Assembly: GCA_902622795.1 (NCBI GenBank)
Contig: CACNRD010000005.1
Coordinates: forward strand, 2,993 to 66,992
DNA length: 64,000 bases
Direction of reading: 5' to 3'
Source: an uncultured Pelagibacteraceae bacterium
GTDB taxonomy: Bacteria > Pseudomonadota > Alphaproteobacteria > Pelagibacterales > Pelagibacteraceae
The notes under the pieces were generated by a model, which was not told where the DNA came from, ran no database searches, and worked only from the letters and a program-made list of their open reading frames with translations. The translations under genes and the position numbers were made by a program. Shown here piece after piece: positions 1 through 12,982 of the stretch (within the stretch, counting starts at the first letter, position 1; each line of letters starts with the position of its first letter).

Positions 1-84
1 AATCTAAAAACTGTTGTGGCTATATAGTAAGAGCTGAGTCTAGATGGAGAATTAATAAAAAGTTTGCAATGAGCAACAAAAAAA

Positions 85-825
85 TTAATAAATAACTCTA
101 TATAAAAAAAGCCCTTCGGGTGGCGCTGGTGGAGCACACAGTACTCTTTTTTTAGATTTAAATACTTTGTCAAAAGTTTTTAGATCCCATTTCTTCTCAC
201 CCAAATATTTTAGACAACCTACCATCGATCTTACTTGCTGTTGTAAAAATGATTGTGACTTAAATTCTATTTCAATTTTATTTTTTAATGTTCTTATTTT
301 GATTGATTTAATTGTTCTGATTGGACTTTTAGCGTGACAACTTGATGATCTATAGGTTGAGTAGTCATTCGTTCCCAATAATTTTTTTGCTCCTTTTTTC
401 ATTAAATCAACATTTAGTATTTTCCTCACATGCCACCCTCTTCCATTTTCAATTACAGGAGCACTTATTTGATTAAAAATTATATATCTATAAATTCTTT
501 GTTTAGCAGAAAATCGTGAATGAAATTTTTCACTTCTTTTTTTAATTTGAGTAATTGCTATACCTTTATTATTAAGAAAATGATTAATTGATTTTAAAAA
601 TTTTGTTAAATCTAAAATTTTTTTTTGACAATCAAAGTGAGCTGACTGAGCATGAGCATGTACACCTGCATCTGTTCTGCCAGATCCATTTAGAATTATT
701 TTTTCTTTTAAAAGTTTTGATAAATGTTGTTGAATTAATCCTTGAATAGTAGAGCCTTTTTTTTGAATCTGCCAACCTCTAAAACTCGTTCCAACATATT
801 CAATAAGAACTTGATACCTCGCCAT
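85..825 (-). CDS. truA: tRNA pseudouridine(38-40) synthase
   Basis: YVGTSFRGWQ start, GSGRTDAGVHA catalytic motif, FLQQQVRSMVG, APPEGLFL; follows fmt. Confidence 0.97.
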   Translation of the reverse strand: MARYQVLIEYVGTSFRGWQIQKKGSTIQGLIQQHLSKLLKEKIILNGSGRTDAGVHAHAQSAHFDCQKKILDLTKFLKSINHFLNNKGIAITQIKKRSEKFHSRFSAKQRIYRYIIFNQISAPVIENGRGWHVRKILNVDLMKKGAKKLLGTNDYSTYRSSSCHAKSPIRTIKSIKIRTLKNKIEIEFKSQSFLQQQVRSMVGCLKYLGEKKWDLKTFDKVFKSKKRVLCAPPAPPEGLFLYRVIY

Positions 826-1749
826 TTAAATCTGATGGCCTTTTCTAATTTTTGAACCAAGCATAAATTCACCAATATTTTGAGGCCTTTTTCCTTGTCT
901 TTGTATCTCCGTGACTTTAATTGATTGCTTATCTCCACAAGCAATTTCTAAATAATCGTTAAGAACCTCTCCCGGATTTCCAATCCCATTGCTTATTTCT
1001 CCTTTTAAAATTTTATATCTCTCACCACTTGATATAAAAAAAGCACCTGGGACCGGATATAAACCATTTATTTTCCCTATAATATTTTCTGCATTACTGG
1101 TCCAATCAATTAAACCCTCTATCTTTTGAATTTTTGGAGCATAAGTAGCTTTTGAATGATCTTGATCCACGAAAATTGCTTTGTCTTCAAGTATGTCATC
1201 AATATTATCTAAAATTTTTTCTGCGGCAAAAAAAGATAACTTTTCAGCAATCTCAGAAGAATTAAAATTATTCTCCATATTGATTTTATAGGTATTGCAA
1301 ACTGGACCTGCGTCTAATTTTTCTTCTATTTTCATAATACTGACCCCAGTTACTTTATCTAAATTCATTATAGCTCTTTGTATAGGTGCCGCTCCTCTCC
1401 ACTTGGGTAGAATAGATGCATGTATGTTTATAAATCCTTTTTTTGTTAAACTTAAAAATTCTTTAGGTATAATTTGTCCATAGGCTACAACAATTGCTAG
1501 ATCTGCATCTACTGATTTAAAAAATTCGTATTCTTCTTTATTTTTTTTTAAAGTTGATGGTGCCCTGTACTCTAAATTTAAAGTTTCAGAAATTCCTTGA
1601 ATAGGAGATTTATTAATTTTTTGTCCACGATGTGATTTTTGTGGAGGTTGAGTATAAACGCATGTCACAGGATATCCATTTTGATAAAGAGATTTCAAAA
1701 TTGGTACAGCAAACATGGGTGTACCCATAAAAATAATTTTCTTAGCCAT
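826..1749 (-). CDS. fmt: methionyl-tRNA formyltransferase
   Basis: IFMGTPMFA, VVAYGQII, INIHASILPKWRGAAPIQRAI motifs. Confidence 0.98.
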   Translation of the reverse strand: MAKKIIFMGTPMFAVPILKSLYQNGYPVTCVYTQPPQKSHRGQKINKSPIQGISETLNLEYRAPSTLKKNKEEYEFFKSVDADLAIVVAYGQIIPKEFLSLTKKGFINIHASILPKWRGAAPIQRAIMNLDKVTGVSIMKIEEKLDAGPVCNTYKINMENNFNSSEIAEKLSFFAAEKILDNIDDILEDKAIFVDQDHSKATYAPKIQKIEGLIDWTSNAENIIGKINGLYPVPGAFFISSGERYKILKGEISNGIGNPGEVLNDYLEIACGDKQSIKVTEIQRQGKRPQNIGEFMLGSKIRKGHQI

Positions 1750-1752
1750 GAA

Positions 1753-2271
1753 TTAAACTTCGGCTGTACTTGATTTTAATTTTGATAATTTTTTAATTAT
1801 CATCGATTTTTTTAATTTTGAGAGATAATCGATAAATAATATACCTTCTAAGTGATCCATTTCATGTTGAATGCATGTAGCAAGTAAACCTTCAGCCTTT
1901 AATAATTGTTTTTGTCCATTATAATCTAAATACTCTACTACACATTTACTTGGTCTATCTATATCTGCAAATTGGTTTGGAACCGAAAGGCATCCTTCTT
2001 CATAAGTTGCTTTTAAAGGGTCTTTATTTTTAATTATAGGATTTACAAAATATCTTGGCTCTTTTTTATTTTCTTCTTTGCAAATATCCATGACTATAAT
2101 CCTTTGTGGTATTCCAACTTGTATTGCAGCAAGACCAATTCCGTTGGCAGCATACATGGTCTCCAACATATCTTTCATTAGTTTCTGCTCTTCTTTTCCA
2201 ACTTGATTTACTGGTTTTGAAACTTGTCTGAGTAATTTATTGGGTTCTGTAATAATAGTTCTTATAGCCAT
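1753..2271 (-). CDS. def: peptide deformylase
   Basis: GIGLAAIQVG, EGCLS, QHEMDHLEG motifs. Confidence 0.98.
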   Translation of the reverse strand: MAIRTIITEPNKLLRQVSKPVNQVGKEEQKLMKDMLETMYAANGIGLAAIQVGIPQRIIVMDICKEENKKEPRYFVNPIIKNKDPLKATYEEGCLSVPNQFADIDRPSKCVVEYLDYNGQKQLLKAEGLLATCIQHEMDHLEGILFIDYLSKLKKSMIIKKLSKLKSSTAEV

Positions 2272-2295
2272 ATTATGTTTATTTTATTATAAATT

Positions 2296-4059
2296 TTATA
2301 CTTTTAAAGGTAGAATTTTTAACAAAAGTTTATTTCTAATCAAATCAACATTTAGCTGATTGAGTGTATTGATAATAAAATAAACTGTATCTTCATCTAA
2401 ATTTTCTATTTTTTCTGGACCAATAACTTCAATTACCCTAAGCAATGCAGCACCAATTTCTTTATTTTCAATCATGAACTGAATGTCTGCTGGCATTTCT
2501 GAATGGTTAATCTCATACAGACTGTCGTATTTTTTTGGGATTTGAACCCCATCGGATTTCAATGCCTCTAAGAAAATAATATCTTTTTTGGATAAAAAAT
2601 ATTTTTTGTCTTTTTTGATCTTCTTTAAAAATTTTTCAAGATCTTGTTCTATCTGAGATTTCGCATAATCTCCGTTAAAATAATTTACTAATTTGGACTG
2701 ATGCAAAACTTTATTGTTAAATTTAATTTTTTTATCACTTACTTGCTCGATTTTAGAATAGCTATTATAAAAAGTTGTGTAATTTGAAGGTACGTCATCT
2801 TTTGGAATTTGATTTAAAAAACGTTTTAATTCTACATCAAAAGCATTACCAATCTCATCCTTATTAAATGCATCTTTTAAAGTTTTCATCAGCTCTAACT
2901 TTGAATTAGGCTCCTCCGTTAAAAGTGTTCGCTGGTATAATAGCGCTCTTCCTTCTATTGGTGATAAGGACTTATAAACTTCTTGGGCATTTAACAGTTG
3001 ACTAATATTAAATTGAAACTTTTTATAAAATTCAAATAAATCTTTTTCTGAATAATTTTTATCATGAACTGCTTTTTCAATCGTTGAAATTTTATCTAAA
3101 TCAGTGATTTCTACATCTCTAATGTTAAAAAGAAGATTTGATGCAGATAAATATTGCCAAATAAATTTTGGAGTATTCACATTTGGCTCAAATGAAAATT
3201 CAGGATCAGTTCTGTGCGCTAAATGAAAATCCAAAATAGAGTTTTCAGAAATTGTTTTATCTGCTTCCTCCACATATCCAAATAAATAACTTATTTTATT
3301 TTCATAGTAGTCATCTTGAAAACCAAGTTCTTTTTTTAAATCTAAAATTAATTGAGCCTCTTCATTTTTACCATAATTGATTAAACAATATAAATTGAAC
3401 TTGGACAAATATTCTTCCTCAATCGGTTTAGTAATATTAGAAAAAATTTCACATGATTTTTTTATGTTTGAGGCAGATAAATAAGTGTCAACTAGAAACC
3501 TAGTTAGCTCAGGGTGCAAATTAATAGTCTGATTTTTTATCAAATATTCCTCAATTAAGTCAAGATTAGAGTTTTTAATTAACCAATCAGATTTAAATTT
3601 CAAAAACTCTTGCTCGCTAATATTTTGATTTGGATAGTAGGCATTGGTTAACAAGGAAATATTCATTATTTCTGAAGCATCTTGTGAAAGATTATATTTA
3701 TAAATGTTTTCAAAAAGACTTTTTAATTTAGAACCATCAGAATTTAACCACATATCAATACTTAATCCATATTCAGCCGGGTCATATAATCCTATAATTT
3801 TAATTTCTTTCGACGCAACATCTTGGTCTAGTTTAATCGGATCAATTTTCTTGTTTGATTGTATGTCATAAATACTGCTTGCAGTGCTATTGTTTTCATT
3901 TTGATTAGAAATATTAGTTTCTACAACAATATCCGTTTCTTTTTTTTCTAAATTCCAGATATCAACTGGTTTATCGTCTGCGAATGTATTTGTAGCTGTT
4001 AATAAAAAAAATATTAAAATTGAAAAATATTTCTTATTTAACAATTTTAAAATTTTCAT
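2296..4059 (-). CDS. hypothetical exported protein (587 aa, signal peptide, predicted helical)
   Basis: long ORF; basic N-terminus + hydrophobic core + TFA cleavage site; no family motif recognised. Confidence 0.8.
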   Translation of the reverse strand: MKILKLLNKKYFSILIFFLLTATNTFADDKPVDIWNLEKKETDIVVETNISNQNENNSTASSIYDIQSNKKIDPIKLDQDVASKEIKIIGLYDPAEYGLSIDMWLNSDGSKLKSLFENIYKYNLSQDASEIMNISLLTNAYYPNQNISEQEFLKFKSDWLIKNSNLDLIEEYLIKNQTINLHPELTRFLVDTYLSASNIKKSCEIFSNITKPIEEEYLSKFNLYCLINYGKNEEAQLILDLKKELGFQDDYYENKISYLFGYVEEADKTISENSILDFHLAHRTDPEFSFEPNVNTPKFIWQYLSASNLLFNIRDVEITDLDKISTIEKAVHDKNYSEKDLFEFYKKFQFNISQLLNAQEVYKSLSPIEGRALLYQRTLLTEEPNSKLELMKTLKDAFNKDEIGNAFDVELKRFLNQIPKDDVPSNYTTFYNSYSKIEQVSDKKIKFNNKVLHQSKLVNYFNGDYAKSQIEQDLEKFLKKIKKDKKYFLSKKDIIFLEALKSDGVQIPKKYDSLYEINHSEMPADIQFMIENKEIGAALLRVIEVIGPEKIENLDEDTVYFIINTLNQLNVDLIRNKLLLKILPLKV

Positions 4060-4216
4060 TTGGAATTATTTTTTCTATTTCTTTTTTAGGTGCAGGAAAA
4101 TCTAATGAGTTTATAAAAAATACAATTCCTATTACAACAATCAATCCAAGTGTTGATTTAATTACAATTCCTGTAATACTAGCCTTACCTGAACTTGTGT
4201 TTTTAGTAAATTGCAT
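4034..4216 (-). CDS. small single-pass membrane protein (60 aa)
   Basis: ATG start, one hydrophobic segment followed by FPAPKKEIEKIIP; overlaps start of downstream 587-aa gene; divergent from aroK. Confidence 0.65.
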   Translation of the reverse strand: MQFTKNTSSGKASITGIVIKSTLGLIVVIGIVFFINSLDFPAPKKEIEKIIPNENFKIVK

Positions 4217-4273
4217 ATAACTTTAAATAATTTCAAATTAAGACATATTTGTGTTTTTTCAATAAAGAAACTT

Positions 4274-4786
4274 ATGAAATCAAAAGAAAATCTTGTTTTT
4301 TTAGGAATGATGGGATCTGGAAAGAGTTCTATAGGCATGCTGGTCGCAAAAAAACTTAAATTAAATTTTATAGATATAGACAATGAGATTGAAAATAAAG
4401 TTGGAACAACCATAAGCAAAATGTTTGAGGATAAAGGTGAAGATTTTTTTAGAAAAATTGAAGAGAAAGTGACATTAAAAAATTTAAAACTACACTCTTC
4501 TGTGATTTCTCTTGGTGGTGGAGCTTTCATGAATGAAAATATTAGAAAGGAAGTTTTAAAAAGTCATATATCGTTTTGGCTAAACTGGAATAATAATATC
4601 TTATTAAGGAGGATAAAAAATAGTAAAAAAAGACCTCTTGCAATAAACTCATCAGATAATCAAATAATTGATTTAATTCAAAAACGCTCTACCGTTTATG
4701 CAAAAGCTTTGTTTGAAATTAAATGTGATAACTTAAGTAAAAATGAAGTAGTTAATAAGATAATTAAAATTTATGAGTCAAATTAA
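4274..4786 (+). CDS. aroK: shikimate kinase
   Basis: GMMGSGKS P-loop, FIDID, SLGGG, KRPL; start moved to ATG at 4274. Confidence 0.96.
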   Translation: MKSKENLVFLGMMGSGKSSIGMLVAKKLKLNFIDIDNEIENKVGTTISKMFEDKGEDFFRKIEEKVTLKNLKLHSSVISLGGGAFMNENIRKEVLKSHISFWLNWNNNILLRRIKNSKKRPLAINSSDNQIIDLIQKRSTVYAKALFEIKCDNLSKNEVVNKIIKIYESN

Positions 4787-5879
4787 ATTAAATATAGAGA
4801 CAAAAACACAAAAATATCCTATCTATATTGGAAAAAAACTATCATCGAATATTTCTCAGATTATAAAATCTAACTCAATAAATTTTAACAGATATCTTTT
4901 AGTTATAGACGGCAATGTTCCTAAAAAATTTGTTTCAATTATTAAAAAATCTTTAAAAAATAAAATAAGTTATATTCATTATTTTAAAGCTAATGAATTA
5001 AATAAGAATATGAATAGTATAAACAAGATTTTAGAAATTTTGTTAAATAAAAATTTTTCTAGGGATGATTGTTTGATATCTGTTGGTGGAGGAATTACAG
5101 GAGATATAAGTGGTTTTGCTGCAAGTCTTTTTAAGAGGGGACTTAAGTTTATAAACGTACCTACTACTCTTTTGTCCCAAGTAGACTCATCAATTGGTGG
5201 TAAGACTGGGGTAAATACTAAGTATGGTAAAAATCTAGTTGGAAGTTTTTACCAGCCCAATCTTGTTATTTCTGATACTGAGTTTTTAAAAACATTGCCT
5301 AAGAGAGAAATAGTTTGTGGATATGGAGAAATTTTAAAACATTCTATTATTGGGAATAAAAAATTTTATAATTTTTTAAATAACCATAAAAACAAAATTT
5401 TAAAGCTTACTTCTCCGTTTCTTGAAAAGGCTATTTATGAAAGTTGTAAGATTAAAAAGAGCGTAGTTGAAAAAGATGAAAAAGAAAAGGGTTTAAGAAA
5501 AATTTTAAATTTTGGTCATTCGTTTGCCCATGCTTATGAAGCAACATTAGGATTTAGCAAAAAGTTAAATCATGGAGAAGCTGTAATACTTGGAATGAAA
5601 ACTGCACTAAATTTTAGTCTTAAGACAAAATTTATGGATAAAAGAGAGTATTATTCAATCATAGATCATATTGATAACTCTGATTTACCATCTTCTGTAA
5701 GTAAATTTTTTAGTCCAAAAGATGTAAACAAAATTTTAAGTTTTATGGCAAAAGATAAAAAAAATAGATCAAATAATATTAATTTGGTCTTACTCAAAAA
5801 AATTGGAGCCCCAATAATTAATAAAGAATATTCTAAAAAAAAAATAGGTTTATTTTTAAAAATTTTTTTACGAAATTAA
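4773..5879 (+). CDS. aroB: 3-dehydroquinate synthase
   Basis: GGGITGD, PTTLLSQVDSSIGGKTG, LNFGHSFAHAYE, HGEAV. Confidence 0.97.
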   Translation: MSQIKLNIETKTQKYPIYIGKKLSSNISQIIKSNSINFNRYLLVIDGNVPKKFVSIIKKSLKNKISYIHYFKANELNKNMNSINKILEILLNKNFSRDDCLISVGGGITGDISGFAASLFKRGLKFINVPTTLLSQVDSSIGGKTGVNTKYGKNLVGSFYQPNLVISDTEFLKTLPKREIVCGYGEILKHSIIGNKKFYNFLNNHKNKILKLTSPFLEKAIYESCKIKKSVVEKDEKEKGLRKILNFGHSFAHAYEATLGFSKKLNHGEAVILGMKTALNFSLKTKFMDKREYYSIIDHIDNSDLPSSVSKFFSPKDVNKILSFMAKDKKNRSNNINLVLLKKIGAPIINKEYSKKKIGLFLKIFLRN

Positions 5880-6128
5880 AATTTGTATTGAGTGAATAGA
5901 TTCTTTCATCTCCTTATCTAAAATTTTATAAATTTTCTTATTACTTTCTATTTTATTCATGGTTTTAAGTTCATTCGAAATTAAACTTATTTTCAAATGA
6001 AATTTACCTTCCTGATTGCCAGCGTGATTTTTATGAAGAAAGGATTTGTCCTCAATTTTAATATTTTCAATATTTATCTGATTTTGTAATTTTTTTTTTA
6101 CAATTGCAATTAAGTCATTTATATCCAT
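5868..6128 (-). CDS. bolA: BolA family protein
   Basis: IEDKSFLHKNH, HLKISLIS, IHSIQI; divergent from J-domain/cobST. Confidence 0.88.
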   Translation of the reverse strand: MDINDLIAIVKKKLQNQINIENIKIEDKSFLHKNHAGNQEGKFHLKISLISNELKTMNKIESNKKIYKILDKEMKESIHSIQILIS

Positions 6129-6149
6129 AAGTAGAATTTATTATATATC

Positions 6150-6683
6150 ATGAAAAATATTTGTGACTGGAATAATTGTAATGAAATTGGTGAATATAAA
6201 GCACCAGTTGAAAAAGATAATAGTAAAAAATTTAGAATGCTTTGTCTTGAGCATGTCAAGGAATTCAATAAGAATTGGAATTACTTTTCAGGTATGAATG
6301 ATGACCAAGTAATGGATTTTTTAAAGTCTGACATGATATGGCATAAGCCTACTCAAAGTTTCAGCTCTTCAGATAATTTTTTTAAAGTTCTTTGGAATAC
6401 AACTTTGAAAGATGAATTAGATAAAGATAAAATAAATGGTGATTATAATCATATGCGTCAATTTAAATTTGATCACAAAGATATCAAAGCGTTTGGTATT
6501 CTTGGTATTTCCGTAGGTCTAAAGTGGAAGAAAATACAGGACAAATTCAAAGTGCTTGTGAAAAAATTCCACCCTGATATGAATTCTGGAAATAAAAAAT
6601 ACGAGGAAAAACTTAAATTAATAACTTTAGCTTATACACAGCTTAAAAATACATATAGAGATAAAATTGACACCAAATCTTGA
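6150..6683 (+). CDS. J-domain protein with N-terminal Cys/His cluster
   Basis: CDWNNC...[16 protein letters not shown]-terminus; C-terminal J domain with HPD (KKFHPDMN). Confidence 0.9.
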   Translation: MKNICDWNNCNEIGEYKAPVEKDNSKKFRMLCLEHVKEFNKNWNYFSGMNDDQVMDFLKSDMIWHKPTQSFSSSDNFFKVLWNTTLKDELDKDKINGDYNHMRQFKFDHKDIKAFGILGISVGLKWKKIQDKFKVLVKKFHPDMNSGNKKYEEKLKLITLAYTQLKNTYRDKIDTKS

Positions 6684-7641
6684 CATAAAACCAGATATCA
6701 AAGTTTCCTTAAAACAAACGTTTGGCATAGATTCAGAGATGGAAGTAGATGCATTTTCAAAAAAAAATGATTATGTTCCTGAAATTGATAAAAGTTATAA
6801 GTTTGACAGAGACACCACACTAGCAATCATTTCTGGATTTTCATTTAATAAAAGAGTTTTAGTTCAAGGATATCATGGTACAGGTAAATCTACTCATATT
6901 GAACAAATAGCTGCTAGACTAAATTGGCCATGTATTCGTGTAAACCTAGATAGCCATGTTAGCCGAATAGATCTAATCGGAAAAGATGCAATTGTCTTAA
7001 AAGAGGGCAAACAAGTCACTCAATTTAATGAGGGGATCTTACCTTGGTCTATTCAGAATCCAATTGCTCTTGTGTTTGACGAATATGATGCAGGAAGGCC
7101 TGATGTTATGTTTGTGATTCAGCGAGTTTTAGAAGCTGAAGGTAATTTTACACTACTAGATAAAAATAAAGTAATAAAGCAAAATAAATTTTTTAGATTA
7201 TTTGCAACATCAAACACTGTAGGCTTAGGAGATACTAGTGGTCTTTACCATGGCACTCAACAAATAAATCAAGGTCAAATGGACAGATGGAATATAGTGA
7301 CTACGCTAAATTATCTTAGTCTTGATAAAGAGATGGATATTGTATTAGCTAAAAACAAAATCTTAAATAATTCAAAAGGAAAAGAAGTTGTTTCTAACAT
7401 GATCAAAGTAGCCTCTTTAACACGTAAAGGATTTATTGCAGGTGATATTTCAACAGTAATGAGTCCAAGAACTGTTATGCACTGGGCTGAAAATTCGGAG
7501 ATCTTTAAAGATATTGGTTACGCCTTCAGAGTAACTTTCCTAAATAAATGTGACGATATAGAGAAAAATACTATCGCTGAGTATTATCAAAGATGTTTTG
7601 GTGAAGAATTACCTGAGTCATTGATAAATATTCAAATTTAA
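6667..7641 (+). CDS. cobS: CobS-type AAA+ ATPase (cobaltochelatase subunit CobS)
   Basis: TTG start; [13 protein letters not shown] Walker [27 protein letters not shown]. Confidence 0.95.
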   Translation: MTPNLDIKPDIKVSLKQTFGIDSEMEVDAFSKKNDYVPEIDKSYKFDRDTTLAIISGFSFNKRVLVQGYHGTGKSTHIEQIAARLNWPCIRVNLDSHVSRIDLIGKDAIVLKEGKQVTQFNEGILPWSIQNPIALVFDEYDAGRPDVMFVIQRVLEAEGNFTLLDKNKVIKQNKFFRLFATSNTVGLGDTSGLYHGTQQINQGQMDRWNIVTTLNYLSLDKEMDIVLAKNKILNNSKGKEVVSNMIKVASLTRKGFIAGDISTVMSPRTVMHWAENSEIFKDIGYAFRVTFLNKCDDIEKNTIAEYYQRCFGEELPESLINIQI

Positions 7642-9438
7642 ATGAGTAGAAGAGAAAGCACCTTAAAAGAAAAATTCAGAATTGCATTAACTTCAACAGC
7701 AAAAGTTATTTCTGATGACTTTAATTTAAATAAAAAAGTTTCTGAAAAAAATAAGTCAAAGGATAAAAAACCTATAGAAATTGATAGTATAAATAGTCCA
7801 AGTGATTTTATAAAATTAAGAGCAGTGACAGACTCCTCAGCCTTAAAAAAAAAATTTTCAAATGATGTTATTTATCAAAAAAATTTACCAGGAAATAACT
7901 CTTCGAGATCACTTTACAATATCGCAGAAAAAATAAGATATGAGGCTTTAGGTGGCCAAATGTTAAAAGGAATTAAAAAAAATTTTCATGAAAATTATTC
8001 TCAGATAATTAATCAAAAGAGAAGAGATCAATTAAAAACTAAAGAGGATGTTAGTGTTACTGAAGCATTTGAACTCTACATGCTTAAAAATTTTCACAAA
8101 GTAAAACTAAACCCATTAACCTCAAAAATGCTTAATTTTTGGGAAAAGGACTTTGAAAAATCTATAGAGAAACACAAAGAGTTTTTAATGGATAATCTTG
8201 AAGATCAAAATACTTATAGCTCTCGTTTTTCACAAATTTTACAGGAGATGGATATTTTTCAAAGTGAAGAAGATCAAACTAATGAAGAAAATCAAGATCA
8301 AGGGCAAGATAATCCATCGAATGATGACCAAAACAGCGACAATGAGGATGCTAAAGATGAAAATAATGATCAGGAAGCCCAAGCTACTTTGGATGCAGAT
8401 TATGAGGTTGATGACTTTAATTTAGATGAACAACTATCAGAAATAGAAACAGAAGAACAAAGCACAGAACAAATTCTAAAAAAGAATATCGATAATCTTA
8501 ATCTTGATTATAAAATTTTCACTTCACAATTTGATGAAATTGTTAAGGCAGAAAACTTAGAAAATGCAGATGAGGCAACTAAATTAAGAAAAAACTTGGA
8601 CCAACAATTAATAGGTTTTCAAGATGTTATTACGAAACTTGCCAATAAATTACAAAGACAGTTGCTAGCAAAACAAAACAGGGCATGGGAATTTGACTTA
8701 GAGGAGGGATTGCTTGATAGTTCAAAATTACCAAGAATAATAATGGATCCTTACAATTCTTTGTCATTTAAAAAAGAAAAAGATTTAGATTTTAAAGATA
8801 CTGTTGTAACTTTGTTAATAGATAACTCAGGTTCAATGAGGGGGAGACCTATTACAATAGCTGCAATTTGTGCAGATATTTTATCAAGAACTCTTGAAAG
8901 ATGCTCTGTTAAAGTCGAAATTTTAGGTTTTACCACTAAAAATTGGAAAGGTGGTCAGTCAAGAGAACTATGGGCTAAAAATTCAAAACCAAAAACTCCT
9001 GGAAGATTAAATGATTTAAGACATATAATTTACAAAGGTGCAGATACTCACTGGAGACAGGCAAAAAATAACTTGGGGCTGATGCTTAAAGAGGGTCTGC
9101 TAAAAGAAAATATTGATGGAGAAGCAATATCCTGGGCGTACAGTAGAATTAGAAAGAGAAAAGAAGAAAGAAAGATTTTAATGGTTATTTCAGATGGAGC
9201 TCCAGTTGATGACTCAACTCTTTCTGTCAACTCAGGTGACTTCCTAGAAAAACATCTAAAAAAAATAGTTAAACATATTGAAAATAAATCTGATATTGAA
9301 GTTTTAGCAATTGGAATAGGTCATGATGTATCAAGATATTATGATAAAGCAATTAAGATTACCGATGTTAATGAGTTAGGAGATGTAATGATTTCACAAT
9401 TAGGTTCTCTTTTTGTTAACAAAAAAAAATATCACTAG
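7642..9438 (+). CDS. cobT: CobT (VWA-domain cobaltochelatase subunit)
   Basis: acidic linker, [16 protein letters not shown] motif [23 protein letters not shown]. Confidence 0.95.
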   Translation: MSRRESTLKEKFRIALTSTAKVISDDFNLNKKVSEKNKSKDKKPIEIDSINSPSDFIKLRAVTDSSALKKKFSNDVIYQKNLPGNNSSRSLYNIAEKIRYEALGGQMLKGIKKNFHENYSQIINQKRRDQLKTKEDVSVTEAFELYMLKNFHKVKLNPLTSKMLNFWEKDFEKSIEKHKEFLMDNLEDQNTYSSRFSQILQEMDIFQSEEDQTNEENQDQGQDNPSNDDQNSDNEDAKDENNDQEAQATLDADYEVDDFNLDEQLSEIETEEQSTEQILKKNIDNLNLDYKIFTSQFDEIVKAENLENADEATKLRKNLDQQLIGFQDVITKLANKLQRQLLAKQNRAWEFDLEEGLLDSSKLPRIIMDPYNSLSFKKEKDLDFKDTVVTLLIDNSGSMRGRPITIAAICADILSRTLERCSVKVEILGFTTKNWKGGQSRELWAKNSKPKTPGRLNDLRHIIYKGADTHWRQAKNNLGLMLKEGLLKENIDGEAISWAYSRIRKRKEERKILMVISDGAPVDDSTLSVNSGDFLEKHLKKIVKHIENKSDIEVLAIGIGHDVSRYYDKAIKITDVNELGDVMISQLGSLFVNKKKYH

Positions 9439-10715
9439 ATATTAAATAAATCTGAATTTCGCCAACTAATTATAACTTCTGCTCCACTTCTCGTTTTTGA
9501 GTTTCTAAAATTTAATGAGGCAAAATTTTTTTCTAATAAAGTTTTACCGATAAACAATCCAAGCCCTAAACCTGTTTTAGATTTTTCTTCTGAATTACTT
9601 GTTTTCAAATAAGGCTCTCCAATTTTTGGCAGAATATCTCTGGGATATCCATCTCCATCATCTTCTATTGTTACTTCAGTCATTTCACTATCACTTTTCA
9701 AATTTATAAAAATTTTATCCCTTGAAAACTTATTTGCATTACCAATAAAATTTCTTAATCCATAAACAATCTCAATAGACTTAGTTATTTTTTTTGGATT
9801 AGAGTCTTGATCAAAGTTAAACACAAAATTTTTATTACTTATTTCTCTAAAAGATGAAATAATTTCTGACAAATATTCTCTTACTGTTAGGTCCTTATCT
9901 ATAAAATCGTCCTCCTCAACTGGGTTTAAGCTCAAACGTTTTAGAATTTGATTACATCTTTCTACCTGACTATTTAATAATTCTATGTCTTTCTCAAATT
10001 CTCTGTTATTCTTCAATTGTTTAGCTAGGTCTTGAGTAATTATTTTGATTGTAGAAAGTGGAGTGCCTAAAGAGTGTGCAGCTGCAGCAGCTTGACCACC
10101 TAACGACAATAATTCGTGTTCCTTTGCCATCACCTCTTCCATTTTTGATAAAGCATCTTTTCTCAAACGAGATTGTGATCCAAATGTCATTGCAAAATAG
10201 TTTAAAAAAACTAAAGCAACAATTAAAGCAATAGGTATAGAAAAATAATAATAGGGGCTTACATGAAAATGATCACTTAAAGGAGAAGGCAAATCTGTAG
10301 AATAAAATGTAAGAGTTATAATGGAAATACCACTTAAAATTACTAGTAGTGAATTAGTTTTGAAACTTAAGTTTGAAGAGGAGAATACACTCGGAATTAA
10401 TAAAAATATTACAAAAGGGTTAACAATACCTCCGGTCAAATAAAGTAAAATACTTAATTGAATTATATCAAGAAATAAAAAAACAAAAGCAGACCTATCT
10501 GATAATTGAGTTTTTTTATAAACATAAATTAAATAAAAATTACTAAGAACACCAAAAATTATTATTAGATTTGATAATAAAAAATTAAATTTAAAATTTA
10601 AAATTAAATATACAAAGTTTACAGCTATGAGTTGGCCGAAAATCCCAATCCATCTTAAATTTATATATGTTGATTTCTTAAAAGAGTATTGTTTTGAAGT
10701 TTCAAAAAACCTCAT
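9435..10715 (-). CDS. regB: RegB/PrrB/ActS-family redox sensor histidine kinase
   Basis: LRW TM start, GGIVNPF quinone motif, [12 protein letters not shown]-box, QVERC redox Cys, DDGDG and GLGLGLFI boxes. Confidence 0.92.
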   Translation of the reverse strand: MRFFETSKQYSFKKSTYINLRWIGIFGQLIAVNFVYLILNFKFNFLLSNLIIIFGVLSNFYLIYVYKKTQLSDRSAFVFLFLDIIQLSILLYLTGGIVNPFVIFLLIPSVFSSSNLSFKTNSLLVILSGISIITLTFYSTDLPSPLSDHFHVSPYYYFSIPIALIVALVFLNYFAMTFGSQSRLRKDALSKMEEVMAKEHELLSLGGQAAAAAHSLGTPLSTIKIITQDLAKQLKNNREFEKDIELLNSQVERCNQILKRLSLNPVEEDDFIDKDLTVREYLSEIISSFREISNKNFVFNFDQDSNPKKITKSIEIVYGLRNFIGNANKFSRDKIFINLKSDSEMTEVTIEDDGDGYPRDILPKIGEPYLKTSNSEEKSKTGLGLGLFIGKTLLEKNFASLNFRNSKTRSGAEVIISWRNSDLFNI

Positions 10716-10717
10716 TT

Positions 10718-12778
<2,061 letters not shown>

Positions 12779-12799
12779 TTAATATTTGGAAAGGATCAA

Positions 12800-12808
12800 A
12801 TTATAACA
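12800..12808 (-). promoter_or_regulatory. extended -10 promoter element upstream of gyrB
   Basis: minus strand TG-T-TATAAT about 25 nt upstream of gyrB ATG. Confidence 0.45.
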
Positions 12809-12890
12809 TTTTTTAAAAAAAATGCTGATTTATCTTTACAAAAAAAATAATAAAAGCACGAATAAGTATTGATAATTAAGCTTTATTTGT

Positions 12891-12980
12891 TGGCGGAGAG
12901 AATGGGATTCGAACCCATGAAAGGATTGCTCCTTTACACGCTTTCCAAGCGTGCGCCTTCAACCACTCGGCCACCTCTCC
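12891..12980 (-). tRNA. tRNA-Ser(GGA)
   Basis: rev-comp GGAGAGGTGGCCGAGTGG...CACGC TTGGAAA GCGTG, long variable arm, GGTTCGAATCC, encoded CCA. Confidence 0.97.
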
Positions 12981-12982
12981 AT

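Noticed and set aside
1-95. Open frame on + strand (SKNCCGYIVRAESRWRINKKFAMSNKKINK*) converging on truA
   Set aside because: Could be the 3' end of a gene outside the window, but too short to identify or support
8260-8470. Low-complexity GAT/GAA/AAT-rich stretch in cobT
   Set aside because: The normal acidic linker of CobT
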